Positions 10,542-21,000 of a stretch of 56,785 bases of DNA are shown here, one piece after another. Source of the DNA: Paracoccaceae bacterium. GTDB lineage: Bacteria > Planctomycetota > UBA1135 > GCA-002686595. The stretch covers positions 1-56,785 of the forward strand of contig JBLIHL010000001.1 in assembly GCA_047635895.1 (NCBI GenBank), read 5' to 3'. Position 1 is the first letter of the stretch. Each line of letters begins with the position of its first letter. The position numbers were made by a program, and so were the translations under genes. Below the pieces are notes generated by a model, which saw only the letters and a program-made list of their open reading frames with translations, ran no database searches and was not told the origin of the DNA.

Positions 10542-11348
10542 ATGAGCAAAATTCAACCGTTACAGGTTCAGTCACTTGCTGAATCGTTCCGAATGGCAGA
10601 GCCATTCCCATTCGTCTGCATCGATCACTTCCTGGACGAGTCGTTCGCCACCGAGATTGCGCGCTCGTTCCCGAGCTTCGACGACGCCCAAGGGCAGGGA
10701 CGAATGTTCGAGAGCGTCAACGAGCACCTCAAAGTCCAGGTCACGGACCACGATCAATTCCCTAGACCGATCGCTGAGCTGAATCGGCTGCTGGCGTCCG
10801 CGGAGTTCCTCGAGCAACTCGAGGCCATCACAGGGGTCCGCCCCTTGCTCGCCGACGCGTCACTCGCCGGCGGCGGAATCCACCAAACGGGGCCTAGAGG
10901 GAGGCTTGATGTGCACGTCGACTTCAACCAACTCGAAACCACGGGCTGGCATCGGCGCCTCAATATCCTGGTCTATTTCAACAGCGACTGGAAGGAGGAC
11001 TGGGGCGGCGAGCTCGAGCTTTGGGACTCAAAGGTGAAGAAGCTCCATCACTCATTCCAGCCGATTCATAACCGGTGCGTGGTCTTCGAAACCAACGAGA
11101 TGAGCTTTCATGGCGTCGAGAAGGTGACTTGCCCTACAGGTAAGACTCGCAATTCGTTCGCTGGCTACTACTACACCGCGGAGGCCCCGGACGGCTGGGA
11201 TGGCACTAGCCACAACACGATCTTCAAGGCCCGTCCCAGCGAGCCCATCAAGAAGATAGTGCTTATGCCGATGGACCGCGTCAATCGCGCCGCGAAGGAC
11301 TATTACCAAAAGCTCAAGAACGCGGCCAAGTCCGCGCTTGGTCGATAG
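10542..11348 (+). CDS. 2OG-Fe(II) oxygenase
   Basis: AEPFP..CIDHFL, GGGIHQT, LDVHVDFN (HxD), WGGELELW, SFHG, R.S; ATG at 10542. Confidence 0.85.
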   Translation: MSKIQPLQVQSLAESFRMAEPFPFVCIDHFLDESFATEIARSFPSFDDAQGQGRMFESVNEHLKVQVTDHDQFPRPIAELNRLLASAEFLEQLEAITGVRPLLADASLAGGGIHQTGPRGRLDVHVDFNQLETTGWHRRLNILVYFNSDWKEDWGGELELWDSKVKKLHHSFQPIHNRCVVFETNEMSFHGVEKVTCPTGKTRNSFAGYYYTAEAPDGWDGTSHNTIFKARPSEPIKKIVLMPMDRVNRAAKDYYQKLKNAAKSALGR

Positions 11349-11492
11349 TTGGCAATTTGACCTGATGGGCACCCCCAAAACGAATCCTCACCCACGCCTA
11401 GGGCCCGATCCGAGATCGGACCCTGACCGGGGTGTGCTGAATTCAGTCGTCGAACGGAGGACTGCAGGCCACACCGTGGTTGCGCTTCTGAG

Positions 11493-13019
11493 ATGATCTA
11501 TGGGACCCCTAACTGGCTGGCATTTGCCGCGCTTCTCGCCGTTGTACCGATTGCCATCGGTCTCTATCAGAGACTCAAGCCGGCGGCAGCAACTGCCATC
11601 GTGGGGCTGGGGGCGGTCTTGATGCTCCCCGAGTCGGTCGCCTTCGACCTGCCCGTCATGCCGCCCCTCGGGAAGGACTCGATCCCGGGCCTTGCCATGG
11701 TGATCGGGTCGTACATCACAGCGCCCTCAAAGCTCAGGGACGCAAGACCACTCGGGGGAATTGACCTGCTGTTCGTCCTTTTTTGCCTGGGCTCTGTTGG
11801 CACAATCCTGACGAACTCGGATGCCCTCGTCTTTGGTCCGAGGTTCCTGCCAGCGCTCTCCGTGTACGACGGGGTGGCTGAGATCACGAAGAACACCCTA
11901 GTGCTTTACCTGCCTTTCCTGGTGGCACGGGCGCTCATTCGAAGCTCGGCCGACCTCCGCGTGCTGATGCGAATCGTCGTGGTCTTCGCCCTTGGGCAGA
12001 GCGTCCTGTCACTCGCCGAACTCCGGCTGAGCCCCCAGCTTCACAACTGGGTTTATGGATTCCACCCGACGCTCTTCGAGACCACTGTGCGACTCGGTGG
12101 CTACCGCCCGAACGGATTCACTAAAACTGGCCTCGAGCTGTCCATGTTCATGCTAGCGGCCACCATCGCTGCCCTCCTGCTATGGCGCATCCGGAGCGTC
12201 TCCGGGGCGGTACCGGTCTATCTTCTTGTGATCCTGATCCTGAGCAAGAGCCTTGGGACGATCGTGTACTCGGTCGTCGCCGTTCCCGTCATCGCAGCGG
12301 GCCATCGGTTTGGGATCATCGCGGCGGCCCTGATCGCTGTGACCGCGCTCGGGTTCCCGTTTCTAAAAGCTGGAGGGGTGCTCCCTGAAGAAGCGGCCAT
12401 GTCCATCGCTACCGATTTTGACGCGGAGCGAGCCCGCTCGCTCAATGCCCGCATTGAGCAAGATCACCAGCTTCTCGACCGAGCCATTGAACGCCCGGTA
12501 TTTGGCTGGGGTGGCTACGGCAGGAATCGGATCTTACATCCTGTCACCGGCAAAGATATGGTCGTCACAGACGGCGCATGGACGCTCTTCCTCGGGACTA
12601 GAGGTGCCGTCGGTTTCGCTGCGCTCTTTGGAATGATTCTCCTGCCGGTTCTGATCTTGTTCTGGCGGTTCAATCAGGTGCAATCAAGAGACGACCAGCT
12701 ACTACTCGGCGGATTAGCTCTGATCACGTCGTTCTACGCCCTTGACTTGTTCCCGAACGGTCTCTTCAACTACTTGCCACTCTTCTTCGCTGGCGCCCTT
12801 CACGGTGCGACCGAAGGAATCATCAATGATGGCCTCCGGAGCACAATTCTACCGGCACAGTTGCAGGAGATCGCAGGCGAAGATTCGCCATCGAGCGCAA
12901 AGGGTCGGCCCTGGCCGTCCTCCACCCGCTACGGCAGGAGCCCGGGAGAACTCCAGTCCAGCCCAGCTCCAACGCCGCTGGCGACTGCCATCGACCACCC
13001 CGAGATCCCACATTCCTAA
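11493..13019 (+). CDS. O-antigen ligase/Wzy-like polymerase membrane protein
   Basis: About 12 TMs; ELRLSPQLH.WVYGF, GGYRP.GF, RARSL.AR, ERPVFGWGGYGRNR, TDG.W motifs. Confidence 0.75.
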   Translation: MIYGTPNWLAFAALLAVVPIAIGLYQRLKPAAATAIVGLGAVLMLPESVAFDLPVMPPLGKDSIPGLAMVIGSYITAPSKLRDARPLGGIDLLFVLFCLGSVGTILTNSDALVFGPRFLPALSVYDGVAEITKNTLVLYLPFLVARALIRSSADLRVLMRIVVVFALGQSVLSLAELRLSPQLHNWVYGFHPTLFETTVRLGGYRPNGFTKTGLELSMFMLAATIAALLLWRIRSVSGAVPVYLLVILILSKSLGTIVYSVVAVPVIAAGHRFGIIAAALIAVTALGFPFLKAGGVLPEEAAMSIATDFDAERARSLNARIEQDHQLLDRAIERPVFGWGGYGRNRILHPVTGKDMVVTDGAWTLFLGTRGAVGFAALFGMILLPVLILFWRFNQVQSRDDQLLLGGLALITSFYALDLFPNGLFNYLPLFFAGALHGATEGIINDGLRSTILPAQLQEIAGEDSPSSAKGRPWPSSTRYGRSPGELQSSPAPTPLATAIDHPEIPHS

Positions 13020-13288
13020 CGCGCCCCATCCGATACCAGCCTCCTGGACCTCTAGCGCAAAGAGCACTGCCTCGCCGCTATCAGCGACGAGGCCTCCATG
13101 GACTCGTCCCAACCCAACCTGTAGACTGTCCCGCCAAGGGAACACCGACCAGACAACATGTATTTGAGTCCCCTACTGCCTAAGGCGGCCCTAATCAGCA
13201 CGATGTCCTCGCCGACAGCGTGCCCTTGCCTGCCCCCCTCTGACCGCGAAGGCGGCATCGATAACTCACTGCCACTTCCCACGCCAAA

Positions 13289-16200
13289 ATGAAGAGCTCG
13301 ATCATTCTTGATTGTGTCCTCATTGGAAGCGACTCGCTGCTCATGCAATGCGGCGAAGTCCTTACCTCTAAAGGACATCGCATCCTCCGAGTTGTCACGG
13401 ACGCACCCCGCGTGAGGGATTGGGCTGAAGCGGCGGGCATTGAAGTCATCGACGCTGCCACTGACTATGGCGATTCTCTAGCGAATACAACGTTCGACTA
13501 TCTCTTCGCGATTACGCATCTGGCGCTGATTCCAGATTCCGTGCTCCGCGTCCCGAAGCGAGGGGCGATCAACTTCCACGACGGGCCTCTACCTGGCTAC
13601 TCCGGTCTCAATACTCCCGTGTGGGCAATTCACAACGGCGAGGCCGAGCATGGCGTGACTTGGCACCAGATGGATGCCGAGATCGACAAGGGCGATATCC
13701 TCATTGAGAGGACGTTCCCCATCGAGGAAAACGACACCGCCTTGAGCCTCAACACCCGCTGCTTTGAAGCGGGCCTCGACACCTTCGGTGAGTTGCTCGA
13801 TGGGCTCAGCGACCAGTCCATTGTGCCCGTGCCGCAGAGCGGGACTAACCGGCGCTATTACCTTCGAAGCGATAAGCCCGATGGCCTTGCCGTCCTTGAC
13901 TGGACACAGCCCGCCAAGCGCACATCCGCCCTCATCCGAGCCCTAGATCACGGCCGGTACGCGAACCCCCTGACATCTCCAAAGATCGTCAACGGCAGCC
14001 AAGCCGTGATCGCCATTCGGGCGGAAACCGTCGAAATCTCGGACGGCGGCGCACCCGGTCAATTGATCGAGGCCGATGCCCAGACCTTCGTCGTCTGTAC
14101 CCAAGAAGGCGGACTGCGCGTGACCGAAGTCACAGACCTCTCAGGTCGTGCACTGGACGCTACTGCGGCCATGAAGCTCCTCAATGCCCGAGTCGGTGAT
14201 CAGTTGACAGTGCTGACCCCCGACCAACGGGGCGCACTAAGCGACCAAGGCAAGGGCATTTCCAGGGCGGAGGCACACTGGGTGAACGCGCTGCGCAACG
14301 CCGAAGGAACCGATTTACCCTGGTCTAGGCTGAGCGAGACTCCCGAGCACGGCTTCGAGAGAATTGAGCTTCAGTGGGAGCAGGACGTCGCCGCCGAACC
14401 GACCGCGCATATCGCAGCCTCCCGTATCGCAGCACTGGGGCTCGCCATCGCGAAACTCACTGGCAAGCGAGACCTGACCATCGGATTGGGCTTTCCAGGA
14501 GAGAGCCCGATTGCGGGACCTGGCGAGGGACTCTTCTCCGACAGGACTCTGCTGGAGTTCAAACTAGAGGGCGGGCAGACCCTCGCTGAATTGGTAGCGG
14601 CAGTCGCCGGCAACATTGACCGCGCAGTCAAGCGAGGACCTTGGGCCCGCGACGTCTTCGCCCGGACACCGGAACTGCGGGAGCGAAGCACGCCCTTCAG
14701 CGACGGCGGCGTCAATATCCATGTGGAGATCACCGACGCCATCGAGGCCTTCGAGCCCCGTAGCTCTGATCAGTTGGCCCTTGCGATCAGCCCATCCAAC
14801 GGCAGGGCTCACCTGTTCGCGGAAACCAGCGGCCTCGACGCAGACGCTCCAGCCCGCCTCGCCCGCGCCATCACTGGGGTGGAAGGGTCTATTGCATCGT
14901 CACCGAATGCACGCATCTCCGACGTTTCCATCGCGGCTGATGCCGAGAGAGAGCGCGTGCTCCGGGAGTGGAATGACACCCGGGTTGCGATCGACGAGAG
15001 CCTCTGTATCCACGACGTCATCGCCAAGCGCGCTGCCGCGACACCGACCGAAGTTGCCGTCGTATTCGACGACGAGACGCTCACCTACGGCGAGCTCGAC
15101 CAACGCGCCCGTACGCTCGCAGCGCACCTGGCGCATCGCGGCGCGAGGCCTGGGGTTCTCATCGGCATTCACGTCGAACGCTCCCTCGATCTCGCCGTCT
15201 GCATCCTCGCAGTTCTCTACGCCGGAGCGGCCTACGTCCCCTTGGACCCAGCCTTCCCAGTAGATCGCGTCTCCCTGATGATTGAGGACTCAGGCCTCGA
15301 GCTAGTGCTGGGCCACTCCGAATCTCTCGCAAGATTGGCCGTCCCGGACAGTAAAAGGATTGCGATCGACCTTCCTCTGCCAGCAGACCGGGGGACAGCC
15401 GCTTCCTCAAGGCCAGAAGATCTCGCCTATGTGATCTACACCTCGGGGTCCACTGGCCGTCCCAAGGGCGTGATGGTTGAGCACCGCAATGTGATCAACT
15501 TCTTTGCTGGGATGGACGAGCGCATCCCGCACGAGCCTGCCGGAACGTGGCTCGCAGTCACGAGCCTGTCCTTTGACATCTCCGTACTGGAGCTGCTTTG
15601 GACCCTCTCCCGGGGTTTCAAAGTGGTGATCTACAAGGACCAAGATCAAACCGAGGCCCAGCTGCCGACCTCACCCGCGGGGCCCATGGACTTCGGTATC
15701 TTCCTCTGGGGCAATGATGCCGGTCCTGGCAAGCACAAGTACGAGCTCATGCTCGAAGCGGCGAAGTTCGGCGACACCCACGGATTCTCGTCTGTTTGGA
15801 CCCCCGAGCGCCACTTCCACGCCTTCGGTGGCCCCTTCCCAAACCCGTCGGTCACCAGCGCCGCGATCGCGGCGGTCACGGACCGTATCGGTATTCGAGC
15901 CGGAAGCTGCGTGAGCCCGCTGCATCACCCCATTCGAATCGCTGAAGAATGGAGCGTCGTCGACAACATCTCTGATGGACGCGTCGGCATTTCCTTCGCG
16001 TCGGGCTGGCAGCCAGATGATTTCGTGTTGCGGCCCGAGGCATTTGGCGACAACAAAGAGCAGATGTTCCGAGACATCGAGACGGTGCGCCGTCTCTGGA
16101 GGGGTGAGGCCATCACCTTCGATGGTCCCAAGGGGCCAGTGGAGCACACCACACTCCCCCGGCCAGTCCAAGAGGAGCTGCCTGTCTGGGTGACTAGCGC

Positions 16201-17944
16201 AGGCAACCCAGACACCTACCGCCGAGCGGGCACCTCGGGTGGCAATGTCCTCACGCACCTGTTGGGGCAGTCCGTGGAGGAACTGGAGGGCAAGCTGCGC
16301 ATCTACCGTGAGGCCCGTGAAGCCGCTGGCTTTGACCCGGCTACCGGCCAGGTGACGCTCATGCTGCACACCTTCGTGAGCGACGACTTCGACGCGGTCC
16401 GCGAAACTGTGCGGGGGCCAATGAAGCGCTACCTTGCCTCTGCCACGGCCCTGGTCAAGAAATACGCATGGAGTTTTCCGGCGTTCAAGCGCCCCGATGG
16501 GGCCACTCCAGAGCTGGACGAGATCAACCTCGACGACCTCAGCGAGGAAGAGTGGGACACCATGATGGAGTTCGCCTTCGAGCGCTACTACGAGACAAGC
16601 GGACTCTTCGGAACGCCTGAGTCGGTGCAGCCGATGATCGCTCGCCTGACGGCCGCCGGGGTCGATGAGATCGCTTGCCTCATCGACTATGGAATCGACA
16701 ACGAGACCGTGCTTTCGCACCTGCCTCAGATCGATCGCGCCCGGGCCCTTGCGAATCGTTCCCAGGGAGGAGAGGCCACGCCGCATTCGCTTGCTTCGCA
16801 GATGCGCCGCCACCAGGTCACTCACATGCAATGCACACCCTCGATGGTGCGGATGCTCCTTCAGGATGAGCGCAACGCGGGTGCTTTTGCGGAACTAGAG
16901 AACCTCATGATTGGTGGAGAGGCCCTCCCGATCTCCCTAGCCCGCGAGTTAGCCAGCGTCACCCCCGCCCGCATCACCAACATGTACGGTCCAACGGAGA
17001 CCACAATCTGGTCTTCGACTTCAGAAGTCGTCCCCAGCGCAGATACGGTGACCATCGGCCGACCCATCGCCAACACCGCGATGTACGTCCTCGATGCCGA
17101 TCGCCAGCCGCTTCCTGTAGGAGTCCCGGGAAACCTGTTCATCGGTGGAAAGGGCGTCGTCCGCGGCTACCTGAACCGCCCGGACCTGACCCAGGAGCGC
17201 TTTGTTCCTGACCCCTTCATCGACGGCCAGCGCATGTACGACACGGGTGATGTCGCCTCGTGGAACGAAGAAGGAACACTGGACTTCGTCGGTCGCTCAG
17301 ATCACCAGGTCAAGGTGCGTGGATACCGCATCGAGCTCGGTGAGATCGAATCACTTATCGAGGCGCGAGATGAGATTGGGACCTGCGTGGTGATCGTACG
17401 CGAGGACGTGGTCGGCGATCAGCGCCTGGTGGCGTACTTCACGGGGGCCAAGGCAGACGTGGACAGTGGCTCCGTTCGCAGCGATCTACAAGCGGCCCTT
17501 CCGCCGTACATGGTCCCGTCGCACTTCGTGCAGCTCAAAGCCTTCCCATTGACTCCGAATGCAAAGATCGACCGAAAAGGACTCCCCGAGCCTAAGTCGG
17601 CGTCACTGGGGGCGGAGCCCTCTGCAGATTCACCCCCGCCATCCGGCGAAATTGAAGCGCTGGTCGCTGACAAGTGGTGCGAAGTGCTCGGCCTGAATAC
17701 GGTTGGAACGACGGACAATTTCTTCGACATCGGCGGTCATTCCCTCCTCGTGGTCAAGCTTCAACGCTCGCTCAAAGGACTGACCCCCAAGCCGGTGACG
17801 CTCACGGACCTCTATCGATTTCCAACGATCGGCAGCCTGGCGAACTGGCTTCAATCGACAGACGCACCAGCCGGCGTCACGGCGGGAACTTCCCGCGCCG
17901 CGCAACGGCGCGAGGCCGCAGTTCGTCGACGTAGTCGCGGCTGA
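13289..17944 (+). CDS. NRPS-like protein: formyltransferase - linker - A domain interrupted by MupA/Atu3671-type luciferase-like monooxygenase - PCP
   Basis: NFHDGPLPGYSG/GVTWH...IDKG (formyltransferase); YVIYTSGSTGRPKG (A3), FDIS (A4); LLM VWTPERHFHAFGG..PNP, LHHPIRIAEEWSVVDN.S.GRVG (~15686-16750); NMYGPTE (A5), YDTGD, QVKVRGYRIELGEIE, PNAKIDR; FFDIGGHSLL (PCP). Confidence 0.92.
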   Translation: MKSSIILDCVLIGSDSLLMQCGEVLTSKGHRILRVVTDAPRVRDWAEAAGIEVIDAATDYGDSLANTTFDYLFAITHLALIPDSVLRVPKRGAINFHDGPLPGYSGLNTPVWAIHNGEAEHGVTWHQMDAEIDKGDILIERTFPIEENDTALSLNTRCFEAGLDTFGELLDGLSDQSIVPVPQSGTNRRYYLRSDKPDGLAVLDWTQPAKRTSALIRALDHGRYANPLTSPKIVNGSQAVIAIRAETVEISDGGAPGQLIEADAQTFVVCTQEGGLRVTEVTDLSGRALDATAAMKLLNARVGDQLTVLTPDQRGALSDQGKGISRAEAHWVNALRNAEGTDLPWSRLSETPEHGFERIELQWEQDVAAEPTAHIAASRIAALGLAIAKLTGKRDLTIGLGFPGESPIAGPGEGLFSDRTLLEFKLEGGQTLAELVAAVAGNIDRAVKRGPWARDVFARTPELRERSTPFSDGGVNIHVEITDAIEAFEPRSSDQLALAISPSNGRAHLFAETSGLDADAPARLARAITGVEGSIASSPNARISDVSIAADAERERVLREWNDTRVAIDESLCIHDVIAKRAAATPTEVAVVFDDETLTYGELDQRARTLAAHLAHRGARPGVLIGIHVERSLDLAVCILAVLYAGAAYVPLDPAFPVDRVSLMIEDSGLELVLGHSESLARLAVPDSKRIAIDLPLPADRGTAASSRPEDLAYVIYTSGSTGRPKGVMVEHRNVINFFAGMDERIPHEPAGTWLAVTSLSFDISVLELLWTLSRGFKVVIYKDQDQTEAQLPTSPAGPMDFGIFLWGNDAGPGKHKYELMLEAAKFGDTHGFSSVWTPERHFHAFGGPFPNPSVTSAAIAAVTDRIGIRAGSCVSPLHHPIRIAEEWSVVDNISDGRVGISFASGWQPDDFVLRPEAFGDNKEQMFRDIETVRRLWRGEAITFDGPKGPVEHTTLPRPVQEELPVWVTSAGNPDTYRRAGTSGGNVLTHLLGQSVEELEGKLRIYREAREAAGFDPATGQVTLMLHTFVSDDFDAVRETVRGPMKRYLASATALVKKYAWSFPAFKRPDGATPELDEINLDDLSEEEWDTMMEFAFERYYETSGLFGTPESVQPMIARLTAAGVDEIACLIDYGIDNETVLSHLPQIDRARALANRSQGGEATPHSLASQMRRHQVTHMQCTPSMVRMLLQDERNAGAFAELENLMIGGEALPISLARELASVTPARITNMYGPTETTIWSSTSEVVPSADTVTIGRPIANTAMYVLDADRQPLPVGVPGNLFIGGKGVVRGYLNRPDLTQERFVPDPFIDGQRMYDTGDVASWNEEGTLDFVGRSDHQVKVRGYRIELGEIESLIEARDEIGTCVVIVREDVVGDQRLVAYFTGAKADVDSGSVRSDLQAALPPYMVPSHFVQLKAFPLTPNAKIDRKGLPEPKSASLGAEPSADSPPPSGEIEALVADKWCEVLGLNTVGTTDNFFDIGGHSLLVVKLQRSLKGLTPKPVTLTDLYRFPTIGSLANWLQSTDAPAGVTAGTSRAAQRREAAVRRRSRG

Positions 17945-18015
17945 CCTCCGCTGTTGCTCACCCCCATTCGTAGCCTCTTCCAAGAACGGCAACGCAGCCG
18001 AACCAACTGAGTTTG

Positions 18016-21000
18016 ATGCAGGAATCTTCGACCCCCAGAGACCGCAGCAACGATATCGCCATCGTCGGCATGTCGGTTCACTTTCCTGGAGCAGCTGACC
18101 ACCGCGCGTACTGGAAGAACCTCCAGGACGGCGTTGAGTCAATTCAACAGTTGACCGAGGAAGAGCTCCTCGCAGCGGGCGTGCCGCCACGGGCTCTGAA
18201 GAACCCGGCGTACGTCCGATCGGCGGCGTTTCTTGAGGGCATGGAGGACTTCGACCCGGAGTTCTTCGGCTTCAGTCCAAAAGAAGGAGCGATCCTCGAT
18301 CCGCAACACCGGCACTTCCTTGAACGCTGCTGGGAGTCCCTGGAGGATGCTGGCTATGCCCCAAATGGCGTCGAAGGATCAGTCGGAGTCTTCGCGGGTT
18401 GCGGCATGGGTGCCTACTTCGCATTCAATCTTCTCACCAACCCAGAGCTGGTGCGCTCAGTCGGACTATTTTTGCTCCGCCACACGGGCAACGACAAGGA
18501 CTTCCTCGCGACCCGGGCCTCCTACTGCCTCGACCTGAAGGGACCTAGCATCGCCGTACAGACCGCCTGCTCGACCTCGCTGGTCGCGGCCCACGCGGCC
18601 TGTCAGAGCCTGCTATCGCATGAGTGCGACATGGCCCTAGCCGGAGGATCCACCATCGAGTTGCCCCACAAGCGTGGGTACCTCTATGAAGAGGGAGAGA
18701 TTCTCTCACCCGACGGTCACTGCCGCACTTTCGACGCAGCCTCCAAAGGCACCGTTTTCGGCAGCGGGAGCGGCGTGGTGGTTCTGCGCCGATACGACGA
18801 TGCCGTGGAGAAGGGTGACCACATCTACGCCGTCATCCGCGGTAGTGCGGTCAACAACGATGGTGCGGGCAAAGTCGGCTATCTCGCCCCGAGCGTCGAC
18901 GGACAGGCAGGCGCTGCGGTGGAGGCGCTGGCCATTGCCGGAGTCGAAGCCGGCCAATTGGACTACGTCGAGTGCCATGGCACCGGCACGCCCGTGGGCG
19001 ACCCGATCGAGATCGCGGCCCTGACCCAGGCCTTCCGTGAGACCACAGATGCGAAGAACTTCTGCGGCGTCGGGTCCGTGAAGTCAAACATCGGACACCT
19101 CGACACAGCGGCAGGCGTCGCGGCCCTGACGAAAGCTGCCTTGGCGCTCAAGCACGGGAAGATCCCTCCGACGCTCCACTTCAGCAGTCCGAATCCAGGG
19201 ATCGACTTCGAGACGTCACCCTTCTACGTCAATACGTCGCTTACAGACTTCCCGACTGACAAGCCGATGATTGCCGGTGTCAATTCCCTGGGTGTCGGCG
19301 GGACCAATGCATTCGCCGTCCTCGAGGCTGCTCCCCGGAGGGCTCCATCATCGGCGGCGACCAGGCCGGGTCAGCTCATCGTTCTGTCTGGTCGTTCGAA
19401 GGCCGCGGTAGACGACATGGGCAAGCGCCTTGGGTCTTTCCTCCGCGAAGACTCCGTCACTCCGCTCGCGGACGTGGCTTTCACGCTGCTCAAGGGACGC
19501 ACGAAGTTTGATGTCCGACGGGTCTTTGCCGCCAGGGACCGGGACCACGCCATCGAGCTGCTCGAGGCCAAGGACTCACAGCAGGTCTACACTCGATCCA
19601 AGGGGCCAGAGGGAGGTGACGTTGCTTTCTTGCTCCCAGGCGGAGGCGCGCAGTACCCACGCATGGGCGCGGACCTCTACGATTCAGAGCCCTCCTTCCG
19701 CAAGGATGTCGACCGGGGACTGGAGCTGCTTGACGGGACCCTCGACGTCGACCTTCGCTCGATCTGGTTCGCTGCCGAAGGCTCGCAAGAAGAAGCAAGT
19801 CAAGCCTTCCAGCGGCCGTCAGTTCAGCTTCCGGCGATCTTCATCCTCGAGTACGCCCTCGCTCGACTTTGGATGTCATGGGGTATCAAACCCACAGCTT
19901 TGCTCGGACATAGCATGGGCGAGAACACCGCTGCATGCTTGGCGGGCGTGATGACTTTCGAGGAGTGCTTGGACCTGGTGCGGGTCCGGGGCCAGCTCTT
20001 CGAGCGGGTCCCCGAGGGGGGCATGCTCTCCGTGTCCTCGTCGGAGGAGTTGATCCGTCCTCTCCTGCCCTCTTCCCTGGACCTTGGAGTCGTCAACGGG
20101 CCTTCCCTCTGTGTGGTCTCCGGCCCCGTTGGTCCCCTTGTTCAATTCGCGGAGACTCTCGCCGAGAGAGACATCGACGCACGCCGCATCCCCATTTCCA
20201 TCGCAGCGCACTCCTCGCTGCTCGACGAGATCCTGGGAGAATTCGAAGCCCAGGTCCGAACCATCGACCTCAAGAAGCCAACGATTCCATTCCTCTCGAA
20301 CCTTACGGGAACTTGGATCACCGATGACGAAGCCACCAGCGCCAAGTATTGGGTCGGCCATCTGCGCGGCACCGTTCAATACTCGAGGTGCGCAGAGACC
20401 TTGCTAGCGTCCAGTGCCGCGACCTTCCTCGAAGTCGGTCCGGGCCGTACCTTGAGCTCGCTGATGAAGCAGCAGGCAGGCTTCAAGGGATCTGCAGTCG
20501 CGATCTCCTCGGTACGACATCCAGATGAGTCCGCGAACGACGGCCTGTTCTTCATGGCAGCACTAGGTCAGCTTTGGGCGGCTGGACAGCCGCTGAACGA
20601 CGAGGTCTTGTGGCCTGGCGAGACTCGGCACCGTGTTTCGATGCCGACCTATCCGTTCCAGCGCCAGAGGTACTGGATCGAACCGGGAGCAGGTAGCTCC
20701 GCCGCCGGCGATGACGAAGGACCGTCCATACCGGAACGCAGCGATGACATCGGGGCCTGGGGCTTCACGCCCAAGTGGACTCCATCCACTCTTCCGTCGG
20801 GTCAATTCGAAGAGCGTTCAGTATGGCTCATCTTCGTTGACGGGACCGACATCGGCGTAACGATCGCAGCACATCTAAAGGCCCTTGGTCACGTTGTGAT
20901 CGAGGTCCGCGAATCCGATGCCTACTACCAGGCGAGCGACACGCGCTTCTCTCTATCGCCCGAACATGGACGCGACGGATACGACGCACTGGTCAAGGAT

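Noticed and set aside
11400-11424. Hairpin AGGGCCCGATC-CGA-GATCGGACCCT
   Set aside because: No U-tract and single copy; function not supportable.
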